Source: Vulcanimicrobiota bacterium (GTDB lineage: Bacteria; Vulcanimicrobiota; Vulcanimicrobiia; Vulcanimicrobiales; Vulcanimicrobiaceae). From it: a stretch of 64,000 nucleotides of DNA. The position numbers and the translations under genes were made by a program. This document shows positions 29,584-40,581 of the stretch, in pieces. Under the pieces are notes generated by a model. That model worked only from the letters and a program-made list of their open reading frames with translations. It had not been told where the DNA came from and did no database searches. How positions within the stretch are numbered: position 1 is the first letter of the stretch; each line of letters begins with the position of its first letter. The stretch spans positions 64,001 through 128,000 of the forward strand of contig OY970223.1 in assembly GCA_963714015.1 (NCBI GenBank). The letters run 5' to 3'.

Positions 29584-29806
29584 GGTAGCCCTCTACGGAC
29601 ACCCCGGTGGGGTGGCCCACCGGACGCGGCGGGCAGCGGGTTGGGGGCTCGCGCCCCGGAACCGCGATAGTCTACCACAGCGCCTAGGCCCCGGCAAGGA
29701 CAAGTGCCCATCGGCGCTGCCGGGCCGGCGCAAGCGGGCTCTCAGTGACCTTTAATCGCCCCATGGGATGCTTCATGGACCCATGGGAACACTCAAAGGC
29801 CAATAA

Positions 29807-32800
29807 ATGTCAATTGCTCGCTTCGCCGTAAACCGCCGTGTCACCGTAGCGATGATCGCGACCGCGATCATCGTGCTCGGACTTTTCGCCTTTCCGCGCC
29901 TACCGGTGGATCTGCTTCCGAGCTTCACGCCGCCGGTGGTCAACGTAAGCGTCAGCTATACCAACGTTGCGCCCCAGCAAATGGAGACGTTGATCACTCG
30001 CCCCATAGAAAACGCGGTCAGCCGCGTCGCGGGGATTCAGCAGATTAACTCGACGTCCTCCGAAGGCTCCAGCAACGTTACGGCGCAGTTTTACTACGGC
30101 ACCAACATCGACACCGCTGCGGTGGACGTTCAAGAGCAAGTTTCGCGCATCTGGTCCAGCCTGCCGAACGATCCGAACCTCTCGCAACCGACGATTAACA
30201 AGTTCGACCCGAACTCGCTGCCGGTCGTGCGCATGTACGTTACCGATCCGAACATGACGCTGCGCAACCTCGGCGACTTGTGGACGAACACGCTCTCCGA
30301 CGAGTTCTCAAGCGTCGCGGGCGTCGCGTCGGTCGGCATCAGCAACGACCAGCAGCGCGCCATCATGATCCAGCCCGACGCCGGCAAGCTCGCGGGCTAC
30401 GGTCTGACTGTGAGCCAGCTGACCTCGAGAGTAAGCCAGGAAAACCTAAATCTACCGGCCGGCATCGTGCAGATCTCGAACAAAGAGTATCAGATCCAGG
30501 CGAACGAGCTCTTTCAAAATGCGCAGCAGATCGGCAACATCGTCGTCACCACCAAGAACGGCGCGCCCGTGTTTCTGCACGACGTGGCGAGCGTAACGGA
30601 TTCGATTGAAGAGCAGCGTTCGTTCCAGCGCATCAACGGCCAGCCTTCGCTCGGCGTCTCGATCATCGCGCAGCCGAACGCGAACGTCGTTCAAACCGGA
30701 ACCGGCGTCTATAAGAAGATCGCTCAGCTCGAGAAGACTTATCCGGGCATGAAGATGTCGATCGTCTTCGATCAGCGCGGTTTTATCACCGCAGCGGTGA
30801 CCGCACTGGAGCACACGGCAATCTACGGCGCAGTCTTGGCGATTCTGATTATTTTGCTCTTCCTGCACTCCTGGCGTTCGACGCTGATCGTGGGCATCTC
30901 GCTTCCTATTTCGGTGCTGGGAACGCTCTTCGCCGCGTACATGTTCGGCTTTACGCTGAACACGATGACGCTGGGAGGATTGGCACTCGCCGTTGGCCTG
31001 ATTGTCGACGACGCGATCGTCGTCATCGAAAACATCTACCGGCACATGTCGCGCGGTCAACACGTGAAGGAAGCGGCAGAGAGCGCCGTCACCGAAATCT
31101 TCACGGCGGTCCTCGCCTCGTCGATTACCGTCATCACCGTATTCGTGCCGCTGATGCTGATCCCGGGCCTGCAGGGCCTCATCTTCATGCCGTTCGCGCT
31201 GATGGTGATGGTCGCCGTAGCGATCTCGCTGCTCGTCGCCCTGACCACGGTGCCGATGCTCTCGACGATACTGCTGCGCGACGAAAAACCGCATACGAAC
31301 GGCCATCACAAGGGCGGCTACGCGAGATTCGTCGCGAAATTCGACCAAACGTACGAACGATTTGCCGCCTGGTATCGTAAGCGCCTCGCATGGTCCGTCG
31401 ATCATCCCGGCCGGGTCTTGGCAACCGCCGGCATTATCCTGATCGTCACGCTGCTGGCGCTGCGATTGGGAGCGGTGAGCACCGAAATGTTTCCAGCCTC
31501 AAACTCGCGTTACGTGCGATTCAATCTGCAAATGCCGGCCGGTACTGCCCTCAACGTCATGAACGGCGTGGCGCGCGAGGTAGAGAATCGCATCCGGAAG
31601 GATCCGCGCGTTTTGGACGTCGGCGCGCAAGTCGGCAGTCAAGGATACAGCGCGACGGCCGTCTCGAACGTCGCCAATTTGGCAATCACCCTCAAACCCC
31701 TCAGCAGCAGCGCCGTCGCTCAGTTCGTGCAGCAATGGCAAGGCGCGCTCAACGGAAGCTTCGGCGGCGGTAAACGCGGCGCGGGCGCCGCGCCTCGCAA
31801 ACCGAATCCGAAATTCGCGCAGATGCGCAAAATGTTCGGTCCCCCGATTCCGGGTTTGATGGCCTTCGGTCATCCGATCGACATTTTGCAGCAGATCATT
31901 GCTCGCGGCCAGAACGCTTTGGATATCCAGATCTACGGCGGCGACATGAACCAGCTGTACAACATCGCTCAGGATCAGGTAATTCCGAGGCTGCAGCAAG
32001 TGTCGGGTCTTACTCGTCCCAACACCAGCATCACGCCCTCGCAGCCCCTGCTGAACATCTCGGTAAATCGAACGTTGGCCGCGCAGCTCGGTCTGTCTAC
32101 GCAGTCGATTGCGCAGACGATCGACACGGCGACGGCAGGCAGCACGGCGTCGTTCTTCCAGGTCAACGGAACCGAGTACCCGATCATCGTGCAGCTTCCC
32201 GCGGATCAACGCCGGTCGCTGCAGACGATCGAGAACCTGCAGGTGCCGGTCTCGAGCGTCGGTTCCGCGTCGGTAGGAGCGGCGTCGAGCGGCCCATTCG
32301 TCCCCAGCGCGTCGGGCGGCACCGGCGCAAGCAGCGGCGGAGGCGGCTTGACGCAATCGAGTTCCAGCGCACCTGGTCAAAGCTTTACGCTGCAGACGCT
32401 GCCATTAGGCGAGGTCGCCGATATCTCCACCGGCGTAGGCCCCTCGCAGATCACGCGCCAGGATAAACAGCGCGAGATCGACGTCACCGCCGACTTGACG
32501 AACACGACGCTCGGCAGCGCCGTACAAGCGACGACGCGGATCATGAATTCAATTGCGCTTCCGCCGGGCTACTACTGGGGCTTCGGTCAGTCCGTCACCC
32601 AGCAGGGGCAGACGTTCAGCAGCCTGGGACTTATCGTCGTCTTGGCAGTGCTGCTCATCTACATGCTGCTCGCCTCGCAGTTCGAATCGCTTCTGCATCC
32701 GATCGTGATCATGATGGCGGTGCCGCTCTCGCTCGCCGGTGTCGTATTGGCGCTGGTGATCACGCAACGGTCATTCGGCCTGACGGCCTTCATCGGCTTG

Positions 32801-33196
32801 CTCATGCTGGTCGGTATCGTCGTCAAGAATGCGATTCTCGTCGTGGAGTTCACCAATCAGCTGCGTCATCGCGGACTATCCGCGCGCGATGCGGTGCTGC
32901 AAGCCGCGCCGCTGCGGCTGCGGCCGATCTTGATGACCACGCTGGCGACCGTCGGCGGCATGCTTCCGATCGCGGCCGGCATTGAAGCGGGAAGCGAGAC
33001 GCAAGCGCCGCTCGGTACGGTCGTCATCGGCGGTTTGCTCTGTTCGACGATGCTCTCGCTCGTCGTCATTCCGACCCTGTATCTGTGGGTAGCGAATCAC
33101 ATCGAGCCGCGTTTCGGCAAACACGCCAAGGGCGGAAACGGCCGGCCGCACGTTCTGGAAGCGCCGCCGCATCCGGAACCGGTCCATACTTCCTAA
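29807..33196 (+). CDS. RND family (AcrB/SwrC-like) efflux transporter permease
   Basis: VDDAIVVIENI, VVKNAILVVEF, RLRPILMTT; 12-TM layout. Confidence 0.93.
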   Translation: MSIARFAVNRRVTVAMIATAIIVLGLFAFPRLPVDLLPSFTPPVVNVSVSYTNVAPQQMETLITRPIENAVSRVAGIQQINSTSSEGSSNVTAQFYYGTNIDTAAVDVQEQVSRIWSSLPNDPNLSQPTINKFDPNSLPVVRMYVTDPNMTLRNLGDLWTNTLSDEFSSVAGVASVGISNDQQRAIMIQPDAGKLAGYGLTVSQLTSRVSQENLNLPAGIVQISNKEYQIQANELFQNAQQIGNIVVTTKNGAPVFLHDVASVTDSIEEQRSFQRINGQPSLGVSIIAQPNANVVQTGTGVYKKIAQLEKTYPGMKMSIVFDQRGFITAAVTALEHTAIYGAVLAILIILLFLHSWRSTLIVGISLPISVLGTLFAAYMFGFTLNTMTLGGLALAVGLIVDDAIVVIENIYRHMSRGQHVKEAAESAVTEIFTAVLASSITVITVFVPLMLIPGLQGLIFMPFALMVMVAVAISLLVALTTVPMLSTILLRDEKPHTNGHHKGGYARFVAKFDQTYERFAAWYRKRLAWSVDHPGRVLATAGIILIVTLLALRLGAVSTEMFPASNSRYVRFNLQMPAGTALNVMNGVAREVENRIRKDPRVLDVGAQVGSQGYSATAVSNVANLAITLKPLSSSAVAQFVQQWQGALNGSFGGGKRGAGAAPRKPNPKFAQMRKMFGPPIPGLMAFGHPIDILQQIIARGQNALDIQIYGGDMNQLYNIAQDQVIPRLQQVSGLTRPNTSITPSQPLLNISVNRTLAAQLGLSTQSIAQTIDTATAGSTASFFQVNGTEYPIIVQLPADQRRSLQTIENLQVPVSSVGSASVGAASSGPFVPSASGGTGASSGGGGLTQSSSSAPGQSFTLQTLPLGEVADISTGVGPSQITRQDKQREIDVTADLTNTTLGSAVQATTRIMNSIALPPGYYWGFGQSVTQQGQTFSSLGLIVVLAVLLIYMLLASQFESLLHPIVIMMAVPLSLAGVVLALVITQRSFGLTAFIGLLMLVGIVVKNAILVVEFTNQLRHRGLSARDAVLQAAPLRLRPILMTTLATVGGMLPIAAGIEAGSETQAPLGTVVIGGLLCSTMLSLVVIPTLYLWVANHIEPRFGKHAKGGNGRPHVLEAPPHPEPVHTS

Positions 33197-33203
33197 CAAG
33201 CTC

Positions 33204-33230
33204 AGGGGCGCGAAAGCGCCCCTTATTTTA
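33204..33230 (+). terminator. terminator hairpin between convergent genes
   Basis: AGGGGCGC-GAAA-GCGCCCCT followed by TATTTT. Confidence 0.75.
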
Positions 33231-33963
33231 GGAAGAAGTAGGCCGACATTCCGGCTCCGATGCACAGCACGACCGCGCGCGTGGCGCGCGACGGTATTTT
33301 GCGAAAGAACCGCGCGCCCGCGTAGCCCCCGGCCATCGCAAAGATGGCCATCAGCAGCGCGACGGGCCAGTCGATGACTCCCGCGATGAAAAACGGCACG
33401 ACCGCCACGCCGTTTATCGTGACCGAAAGCAGATTCTTCACGCCGTTCATCGCGTTCATGTTCGGCAAGCCGGAGAACGAAAGAATCGCCAGCATCAAAA
33501 TTCCCATGCCTGCGCCGAAATAGCCGCCGTAAATTGAAACTGCGAACTGCAGTGCGAGCTGGGCCGGAGAATGCACGTGCTTGCGCGTTCCGGATGTAAC
33601 CAGCAGCGGGCTAACGGCAAACACCAGCGTGGCAAAGAGCAGCAGCCACGGAACCATGCGTTCGAAGGTTTTCGGCGGCGTATGCAGCAGCAGCACCGCG
33701 CCCGCAAGCGATCCGACTAGGCTGATTGCCAGTGCCGGTATGATGACGGAGCGGTATTTGAGAATCTCTTCCTTGTAGCCGCGCGCACTCGCGAGCACGC
33801 CCATCCACATGGCCGTGTTGTTCGTTGCATTCGCCGGTATCGCAGGCACGCCGGCAAACAGCAGCGCGGGAAACGTCAGGAAACTGCCGCCGCCCGCCAC
33901 GCTGTTGATCGCCCCGCCCGCAAACGCCGCGCCCAGGAGCAGCAGCCAGTGCGGTTGGATCAC
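33223..33963 (-). CDS. TauE/SafE family sulfite exporter
   Basis: AGGAINSVAGGGSFLTFPAL, ANATN, YGGYFGAGMG. Confidence 0.9.
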   Translation of the reverse strand: MIQPHWLLLLGAAFAGGAINSVAGGGSFLTFPALLFAGVPAIPANATNNTAMWMGVLASARGYKEEILKYRSVIIPALAISLVGSLAGAVLLLHTPPKTFERMVPWLLLFATLVFAVSPLLVTSGTRKHVHSPAQLALQFAVSIYGGYFGAGMGILMLAILSFSGLPNMNAMNGVKNLLSVTINGVAVVPFFIAGVIDWPVALLMAIFAMAGGYAGARFFRKIPSRATRAVVLCIGAGMSAYFFLK

Positions 33964-36174
33964 TCGTTCATCGCCGTTAGGGCGATACTCTGCTCACCAC
34001 GACAAGCTGAGGAAGAGCGGGCTTCGCGTTTAGTCACGCGATAAACGCGGCGCACGTCTTTGAGCGTTTCGAGTTTGCGCAGAATTTGATGAAGGTGGTC
34101 GAGATCGCGGATTTGGACGGTCAGGCTCACGAGCGCATGCCGATCGCGCTTGACCCGCGCGGTGACGGAGCTGACCTGCGTCTTGAGCTCCGCGAAGACC
34201 GCCATCACGTCTTGCAGCAGACTGCGGGCGGTCGAGCCCTTCGACTTCGATGTCGACTGCGTGCATGATCTCCGTCTTGCCGATCCACGAAGCTTCGAGC
34301 ATCCGTTCAGGCGTTGCAGTCATGTAAGCAACGTTCGGGCAATCGGCCCGATGCACCGAGACGCCTTTGCCGATCGTTACGTAACCGATAATCGGGTCGC
34401 CGGGCACCGGGCTGCAGCATTTCGAGAGCCGCACGAGAACGTCGTCGACGCCGGCGATGCGGATTCCGCTGGTCTTGCGCGCAACGCGGCGTGAAACGGA
34501 CGGCGGCCGCGTAATCGGTTGAAACTCGACGACGTTATTGGCTTTGAGTTCGTCTTTGATGCGGTTGACGACCGCTTGCGCCGACTGATCGCCAAAGCCC
34601 ACGGCGGCAAACAAATCGGTGGGCGTCGAATAGTTCAGACGGGCGGCGATGCGTTCGATGACTTCGCCGCTAAGAGTCGAGAGGCTGATATGCTGCCGCG
34701 CGAGTTCTTTTTCGATCCCTTCCTGGCCGGCAAGAACGTTTTCTTCGCGGCGCTCTTTGCGGAACCACTGTTTGATCTTGTGCTTCGCGCTGCTGGTCTT
34801 GGCTATAGAAAGCCAGTCGAGCGATGGGTGACCGCTGGATTTGTTGACCAGGATCTCGCAGATGTCGCCGTTCTGCATCGAGTGATCGAGCGGTACGATC
34901 CGCCCGTTTACGCGGGCGCCGACGCAATGATTGCCGACGTCGGTGTGCACGTAGTATGCAAAATCCAGCGGCGTGCCGCCCGCCGGCATGCTGAACACGT
35001 CGCCGCGCGGCGAGAAGACGAAAACCTGCGAATCGAAGAGATCCAGCTTGAGGTTTTCCATGAACACGCGCGAGTCGCGCATGTCCTTTTGCCACTCCAG
35101 CAGCGCGCGCAGCCAGGAAAGTTTGTTCTCGAACTGGTCCGCCTTGCCGCCTTCTTTATAGCGCCAGTGCGCCGCAATGCCGTATTCGCTGGTGCGGTGC
35201 ATCTCCCAAGTTCGAATCTGAATTTCGAGCGGTTCGCCTTCGGGGCCAACCACCGTAGTATGCAGCGACTGGTACATGTTGGGCTTGGGCATCGCGATGT
35301 AGTCTTTGAAGCGTCCGGGGAGAGGCGTCCAGAGCGCATGAACGGTGCCCAGTGCAGCGTAACAGTCTTTGACGGAATCGACGATGATGCGAATCGCGGT
35401 AAGATCGTAGATCGTCGCGAAGTCCCGGCCCTTCTTCATCTTCGCGTAAATTGAATAGAAGTGTTTCGGCCGGCCTTGAATTTCGGCGTTGATGCCCAGT
35501 TCTTTGAATTCGCCGTTGAGCCGCTCGATTGCGCCGGCCACTGCCGTTTCGCGTTCTTGCCGCGTCTTGGCGACGCGCTCGACGATCTCGCGGTAGCCTT
35601 CGGGATCGATGTACCGCAGACACAGATCCTCCATCTCCCACTTGATCTTCCATATCCCGAGACGATGCGCGATGGGCGTGTAGATATCGAGCGTTTCCCT
35701 CGCGATGCCCTGCTGTTTTGCGGCCGGCAAGCTGCCCAGAGTGCGCATGTTGTGCAGGCGGTCCGCGAGTTTGATGATGATGACGCGGATGTCTTTTGCC
35801 ATCGCCATGAACATCTTGCGCAGATTCTCGACTTGCGCTTCTTCTTTGGATTGGTACGGAATGCGAGTCAGTTTCGTCACGCCTTCTACGAGGCTGGCGA
35901 TCTCCTCGCCGAACTCGGCGGCAACTTCTTCGGTGGTGACGCTCGTGTCTTCGACGACGTCATGCAGCAGCGCGGCGGCGATCGTTTGCCGATCCATCTC
36001 CAGGTCGGCCAGGATACCGGCAACGGCGAGGGGGTGCTCGATGTATGACTCGCCCGATGCGCGGCGCTGCCCCTCGTGCGCGTGGTCGGCAAGCTGGTAC
36101 ACGCGCATAAGCCACGACCCGTCGAGGGACGGGTCGTAGGCCTTCACCTTGTGGACCAGCTCACCAATCATCAT
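33960..36174 (-). CDS. relA: bifunctional (p)ppGpp synthetase/hydrolase (Rel), with an apparent +1 frameshift near 34221 in the ACT domain
   Basis: HD domain LLHDVVED, ADRLHNMRTL, RPKHFYSI, YQSLHT, EIQIRT, TGS and ACT domains. Confidence 0.95.
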
Positions 36175-36271
36175 GCTTCCGGTTATCATGCCACAGACCG
36201 GGGCTCGGACGCAAAATATTTAGGTGGAACCCACCGCTTGCGATTGGGGTCGGAGCCTCGCGCAGCGCGTT

Positions 36272-36733
36272 TTACTCGAAAAATATCGCCGTGATTAGAC
36301 CCTTGGGGTCGAGGCCGAGATCCATGTCGATCGCCCCGCGGTCGCAGGTCATGTGGTAGACGTAGAGATCGCCTTGTTTTGAATGACTGATGCCGCGGAA
36401 GGCTACGCTCTGCAACGCGCCCATGTTGGCGAGCGTGGCCGAGCCTCGAGAGACGACGTCGTCCGTGATCTCCTGGTTTATCTGCTCTCCGTACAGACTG
36501 CGATTGATCTGGCCTTGCTGCCACGCGAGAAACTGCTGTACCGCGATCTTATGCACTCTGGGGTCGTCGGCGGCCGGCTGCGGCGACGGAATGGGCGGCG
36601 CTGTGTCGGCGGCCGGCGCCGAGGGAGAAGGCGCAGCGGTTGCGCCGGTCTGTTGGGCCGGTGCACCGGTTTGAATGAAGACTACGGCTGCAGCCCCGAG
36701 GACCAGCGCGAAAGCAGTTCGTTTTAGCGGCAT
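36272..36733 (-). CDS. hypothetical secreted protein
   Basis: signal peptide, Pro/Ala linker, small domain. Confidence 0.65.
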   Translation of the reverse strand: MPLKRTAFALVLGAAAVVFIQTGAPAQQTGATAAPSPSAPAADTAPPIPSPQPAADDPRVHKIAVQQFLAWQQGQINRSLYGEQINQEITDDVVSRGSATLANMGALQSVAFRGISHSKQGDLYVYHMTCDRGAIDMDLGLDPKGLITAIFFE

Positions 36734-36754
36734 AGCGGGTTCCCCGGCGTGAGC

Positions 36755-37267
36755 TCAGTATTTGATGAAAGTAGTAACGTCGACGCCCATCAAAGCGTCG
36801 CGCCCCTTGAGCGCTTCCAACTCGATGAGAAACGCGAAGCCCTCGACCGAGCAGCCCAGCCGCTCGAGCAGGCGGCGTGTCGCGGCGGCCGTGCCGCCTG
36901 TAGCGAGCAGATCGTCTACGACGAGGACGCGGTCGTCGCTGCCCAGCGCGTCGGCGTGGATCTCCAGAGAGTTGGTTCCATACTCGAGTGCGTAGGACTC
37001 GCTCAACTTGTCATACGGCAGTTTGCCCGGCTTGCGAACGGGGACGAACCCTGCCCCGATGGCGTACGCGAGCGGCGCGCCAAGCATATAACCGCGCGCC
37101 TCAATCCCCACGACGTGGTCGATCTTGCGGTTACGATAGGCCCCGACGAAGAGATCGATTGCCGCCTTGAAGCCTTGCTTGTCCTTCAGAAGTGGGGTAA
37201 TGTCTCGAAAAAGAATCCCCGGGATCGGAAAATCCGGGATGGCGCGTATATACGTCTGGACGTCCAC
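36755..37267 (-). CDS. apt: adenine phosphoribosyltransferase
   Basis: IPDFPIPGILFRDIT, GIEARG, VDDLLATGGT. Confidence 0.97.
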   Translation of the reverse strand: MDVQTYIRAIPDFPIPGILFRDITPLLKDKQGFKAAIDLFVGAYRNRKIDHVVGIEARGYMLGAPLAYAIGAGFVPVRKPGKLPYDKLSESYALEYGTNSLEIHADALGSDDRVLVVDDLLATGGTAAATRRLLERLGCSVEGFAFLIELEALKGRDALMGVDVTTFIKY

Positions 37268-37345
37268 CGGGCGGGCATTCTAGGAACACTCTATGCTGCC
37301 TTTTCGTTGATCGTGGGAACGCTTCAGGTGGAGGAAGGCGAGGAG

Positions 37346-37651
37346 ATGAAGCAGCGAGTCCTTGCGGCCGCACTTGCGGTCCTCATGGCGCTTGGGACCA
37401 CCGGCTCGGCGTTGGCGAACGGCAGAGTCAGGACCCGCAACATTCTCACGGCGCTGGGAGCCGTCGCGGCGTTCTTGATTCCCAACTACAACCACAAATT
37501 GCGCGAAAAGCGAGCCGAGGAGCAGCAAGTGCGCCGCCGGCAAGCAGCGTACCGCGACTGGTACGTCCGAAAATACGGTTACTATCCCAGCCAAATGGAA
37601 TTCGCCCACTGGTACAAGCAGACGTACGGAGCAGTTCCGCAAACATCATAA
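37346..37651 (+). CDS. hypothetical exported or membrane protein
   Basis: AGGAG RBS; MKQRVLAAALAVLMALG signal. Confidence 0.6.
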   Translation: MKQRVLAAALAVLMALGTTGSALANGRVRTRNILTALGAVAAFLIPNYNHKLREKRAEEQQVRRRQAAYRDWYVRKYGYYPSQMEFAHWYKQTYGAVPQTS

Positions 37652-37652
37652 G

Positions 37653-38528
37653 TTGTTCAAGCACGAAACCGCTCGCGTGATCCGTCGAGAGTCACCCGCG
37701 CAAACCGGGTGGCTCTCGGAGTTCTTAGAGGACAACCGGCGCAGATTCATCGTCGCGCTCGCAGCGGCGATTGCCGTTCACGAGGTGATCGCCGGAATTT
37801 TTCCGTGGCATAGCCGTTCGGTTCTCGAGCCGTCCGTGGAGACGATCACGATTGCGAAGATGATTCGAATAGAACATCGCGCCACTCCGACTCCCGCGCC
37901 GACGCCCCGGCCGACGCCAAAACCCGTCGTGCATACCAAGGTCGTTGCCGAAACGCACGTTCGCCCAGCGATCGTCAATCCGGGCAATCCGTCGCAACAC
38001 GCCCGGATCAAGCGCGTTGCCTCGGCGCGTCCCCTGGTTCGCACGCGGTTTCACAGCAAACCGGCCGACATCCACGTTCCAATGGGCGGACAGGGCGCCG
38101 GAACGAGCAAGGCGGCAAAAGTCGAAACGGGCGGCCTCGGAACGACCGGCGCCGGAACCGGGCAGAGCGGCAATGCGAACGGTACCGGCGGCGCACCCGA
38201 GGGTCAGGAACCTTGCGGTTACGTCGAGTTTCAGCCGACGCAACAGCCGACGATCGATTCGTCCACCGGTCGAATCTGGGAGCACGTTTCGGCAACCGTG
38301 CATTTCCCGGACGGAAGCGCGCAGAACGTCATACTCGATTATCCGTGGTACTTTCCAAACCGTGCTTCGGATCCGTTCTTCCCGGAAAACTCCAATTTAC
38401 CGGCCTTGTTCCAACAGCCGCCCGTAAATCAACGCGCGTCCGAGCCGGCGGTGGTGCAGTACATCATGACGCACAGTGACGCACAAGGGTTCACGAAGTT
38501 AAGGGATTGCCCCGGCGGAACGCCGTAG
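37653..38528 (+). CDS. membrane-anchored Pro/Gly-rich protein with a TonB-like layout
   Basis: TM helix with His (AIAVHE), PTPAPTPRPTPKP linker, Gly-rich stretch, C-terminal domain. Confidence 0.55.
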   Translation: MFKHETARVIRRESPAQTGWLSEFLEDNRRRFIVALAAAIAVHEVIAGIFPWHSRSVLEPSVETITIAKMIRIEHRATPTPAPTPRPTPKPVVHTKVVAETHVRPAIVNPGNPSQHARIKRVASARPLVRTRFHSKPADIHVPMGGQGAGTSKAAKVETGGLGTTGAGTGQSGNANGTGGAPEGQEPCGYVEFQPTQQPTIDSSTGRIWEHVSATVHFPDGSAQNVILDYPWYFPNRASDPFFPENSNLPALFQQPPVNQRASEPAVVQYIMTHSDAQGFTKLRDCPGGTP

Positions 38529-38536
38529 AGGTGCGC

Positions 38537-39241
38537 ATGAAGCGCTCCATCGTAGTTGCGGCTGCATCTCTGGTGCTTTGCGGCTGTTCCGGCAGTATAA
38601 CCGACGACGGCCGAGCATTTACCGAACATGCTCACCGCACGTTCGCCGCGGCGCAAATTCACGCGCTGCGCGTCGACAACGTGACGGGCTCGATAACGGT
38701 TACCGGCACCAACGCGCCGCAAGCCTGGATCGACACGACGAAGTTCGCCGGACATCGCGATTCACTCGATAACACGCAAGCCATAGTCGAAAACGACGAC
38801 GGCCAATTATACGCGCATACGAACTACGTGAAGACGAGCTGGTTCGGCAGTCGCGGAGGAGGCGTCGACTACTCCGTGGGCGTCCCATCCGGAACGTCAC
38901 TTCATCTAGCGAACGTCAGCGGGCCGATTACGATTCGCGATGTGAGCGGCCCACTCGATATTCAGGAAGTGAGCGGGGCCATCAGCGCTTCGCTGGGCCG
39001 CGTTGCCGGCGAACGGGACATTCGCATCAACACGGTTAGCGGCGGCACGACGCTGCAGATCGCGCGCAACAGCGACGTAACCCTGGACGTAAAGACCCTA
39101 AGCGGCGACATTACGGCGTTCTTCCCGCTTACAAAAGACAAAGGAGTTGTCGGACAACGCGTCCACACCCACTTAGGAAATGGGAGTGCCTCCATCGACG
39201 TCAATGCCGTCAGCGGAGCCGTCATGGTCAAGCCGCAATAG
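38537..39241 (+). CDS. DUF4097/adhesin-like beta-repeat lipoprotein
   Basis: lipobox-like LCGC; repeated VSG units. Confidence 0.75.
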   Translation: MKRSIVVAAASLVLCGCSGSITDDGRAFTEHAHRTFAAAQIHALRVDNVTGSITVTGTNAPQAWIDTTKFAGHRDSLDNTQAIVENDDGQLYAHTNYVKTSWFGSRGGGVDYSVGVPSGTSLHLANVSGPITIRDVSGPLDIQEVSGAISASLGRVAGERDIRINTVSGGTTLQIARNSDVTLDVKTLSGDITAFFPLTKDKGVVGQRVHTHLGNGSASIDVNAVSGAVMVKPQ

Positions 39242-40424
39242 ACGAAGCGCGGTGCAGCAGCATCTGCTGCGCGGCCGCAAAGATTCGCTGAGCGGCGGCG
39301 CGCCGATAATTCGTTTCGGCCGCGGGCGGCGGCATGAAGACCGTCATTGCGGCGTTCGCCTCAAAGACGACGATGTTTCCCTGTCCGTCAAGGCCGAAAT
39401 CGACGCCGCCGTAATCCAGTCCTAAAGCCGCGGCGATCGCTTCGAGCGACTGCACCGCCCGGTTTCCCAGCGCGTCACGCATATTCGACAAAAAATGCTC
39501 TTCCTCGGCGCGCTCCGCCTCGCCCATTTGCGCACTGAAGTAGTGGACTTTCCAATTTTCGGAAACCGCGAGATGCGCCGGAAAGACGGCGCCTTCAACG
39601 AACATGGCGCGATACTTGCGAAATCTTCCGTCCGTGCGACGCGTGTCGACGAACTGCATCGCCAGTACGTCCGAACCGGGCAGTGCCGCAAGCGCTTCTC
39701 GCAGATGTTCGGCGTTTTGCGCCATGACGAAGTGCTTGCCGTTGTGGTGCCCCGGCGCGCGCAGCAGCAACGGAAAAACCAGACCCGACTCGTGCGCACG
39801 GTCTGCCGGTGACGAAAGCAGAGAGTCGCGCGGGATCAGCGCCATCGCGGGCGTCACGACGCCGCGAATAGATCGTAAGCGCTCCGCGCTCGGGAGCCGT
39901 CCGGTAGCGCGAATGCGTTGCGTCGGATTGACGATGGGCGCCCGCGTTTGCGATAGAATCCAGTCGGTCAGATCCAAAGCGGGACCGCACAAGTCGGGGT
40001 CCGCGATGCTGTTGAACACGACGTCGTGCGGCGGGAGGGCACGCGAGCGGTTCCAATACTGAATTGCAATGGTCGTCGTCTCGAAGACTGCGGTATCCAA
40101 AAATGCGTCGGTGGCGGTCAAGCCGTCCACTAATGCGGAACCTATCTGCAAAACCCGAACCGGCGATCCGCTTCCGGTGTAACGCGCGACGTAGGAATTC
40201 ACCGGTTTATATGCAGCTCGAACGTGTTCGACCGCTTCCGGAAATTTCGTCATCGCCGTGAGCAGTTGCGCGTACTCCAAATGCGCGCCGAGCAGATTGG
40301 GCTCTAAGGCCAGCGCGGTTTCGAAATGCGCACACGCCTCCGAATGCCGGTTCAGCTTAGACAGCACACTCGCAAGTTCGGCGTGGATCACCGGATTTCG
40401 CCCGTGATGCGCAACCGCAGACAA
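39228..40424 (-). CDS. TPR + ATP-grasp-like protein
   Basis: N-terminal TPR; FPLLLRAPG, FRKYRAMFV, LDYGGVDFGL...VVFEANA. Confidence 0.7.
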   Translation of the reverse strand: MSAVAHHGRNPVIHAELASVLSKLNRHSEACAHFETALALEPNLLGAHLEYAQLLTAMTKFPEAVEHVRAAYKPVNSYVARYTGSGSPVRVLQIGSALVDGLTATDAFLDTAVFETTTIAIQYWNRSRALPPHDVVFNSIADPDLCGPALDLTDWILSQTRAPIVNPTQRIRATGRLPSAERLRSIRGVVTPAMALIPRDSLLSSPADRAHESGLVFPLLLRAPGHHNGKHFVMAQNAEHLREALAALPGSDVLAMQFVDTRRTDGRFRKYRAMFVEGAVFPAHLAVSENWKVHYFSAQMGEAERAEEEHFLSNMRDALGNRAVQSLEAIAAALGLDYGGVDFGLDGQGNIVVFEANAAMTVFMPPPAAETNYRRAAAQRIFAAAQQMLLHRASSIAA

Positions 40425-40581
40425 AAGCAGACTCGCTTGCCTGCTGATGCCGTCCTTCGGCGGATAGGCTCTGCGCGGCCTCGGCGAGGCCTACGGCGTC
40501 CTCAAGTTGATGTGCCACTACTCATCAATCGGCTCCACGCACGAACGCATTGAGCTGTGCCCGGACGGGTACCACAATTGC

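Noticed and set aside
36749..37345. N-terminal extension of the 300-aa ORF 36749-37651
   Set aside because: It overlaps apt on the opposite strand; a good RBS and signal peptide place the start at 37346.
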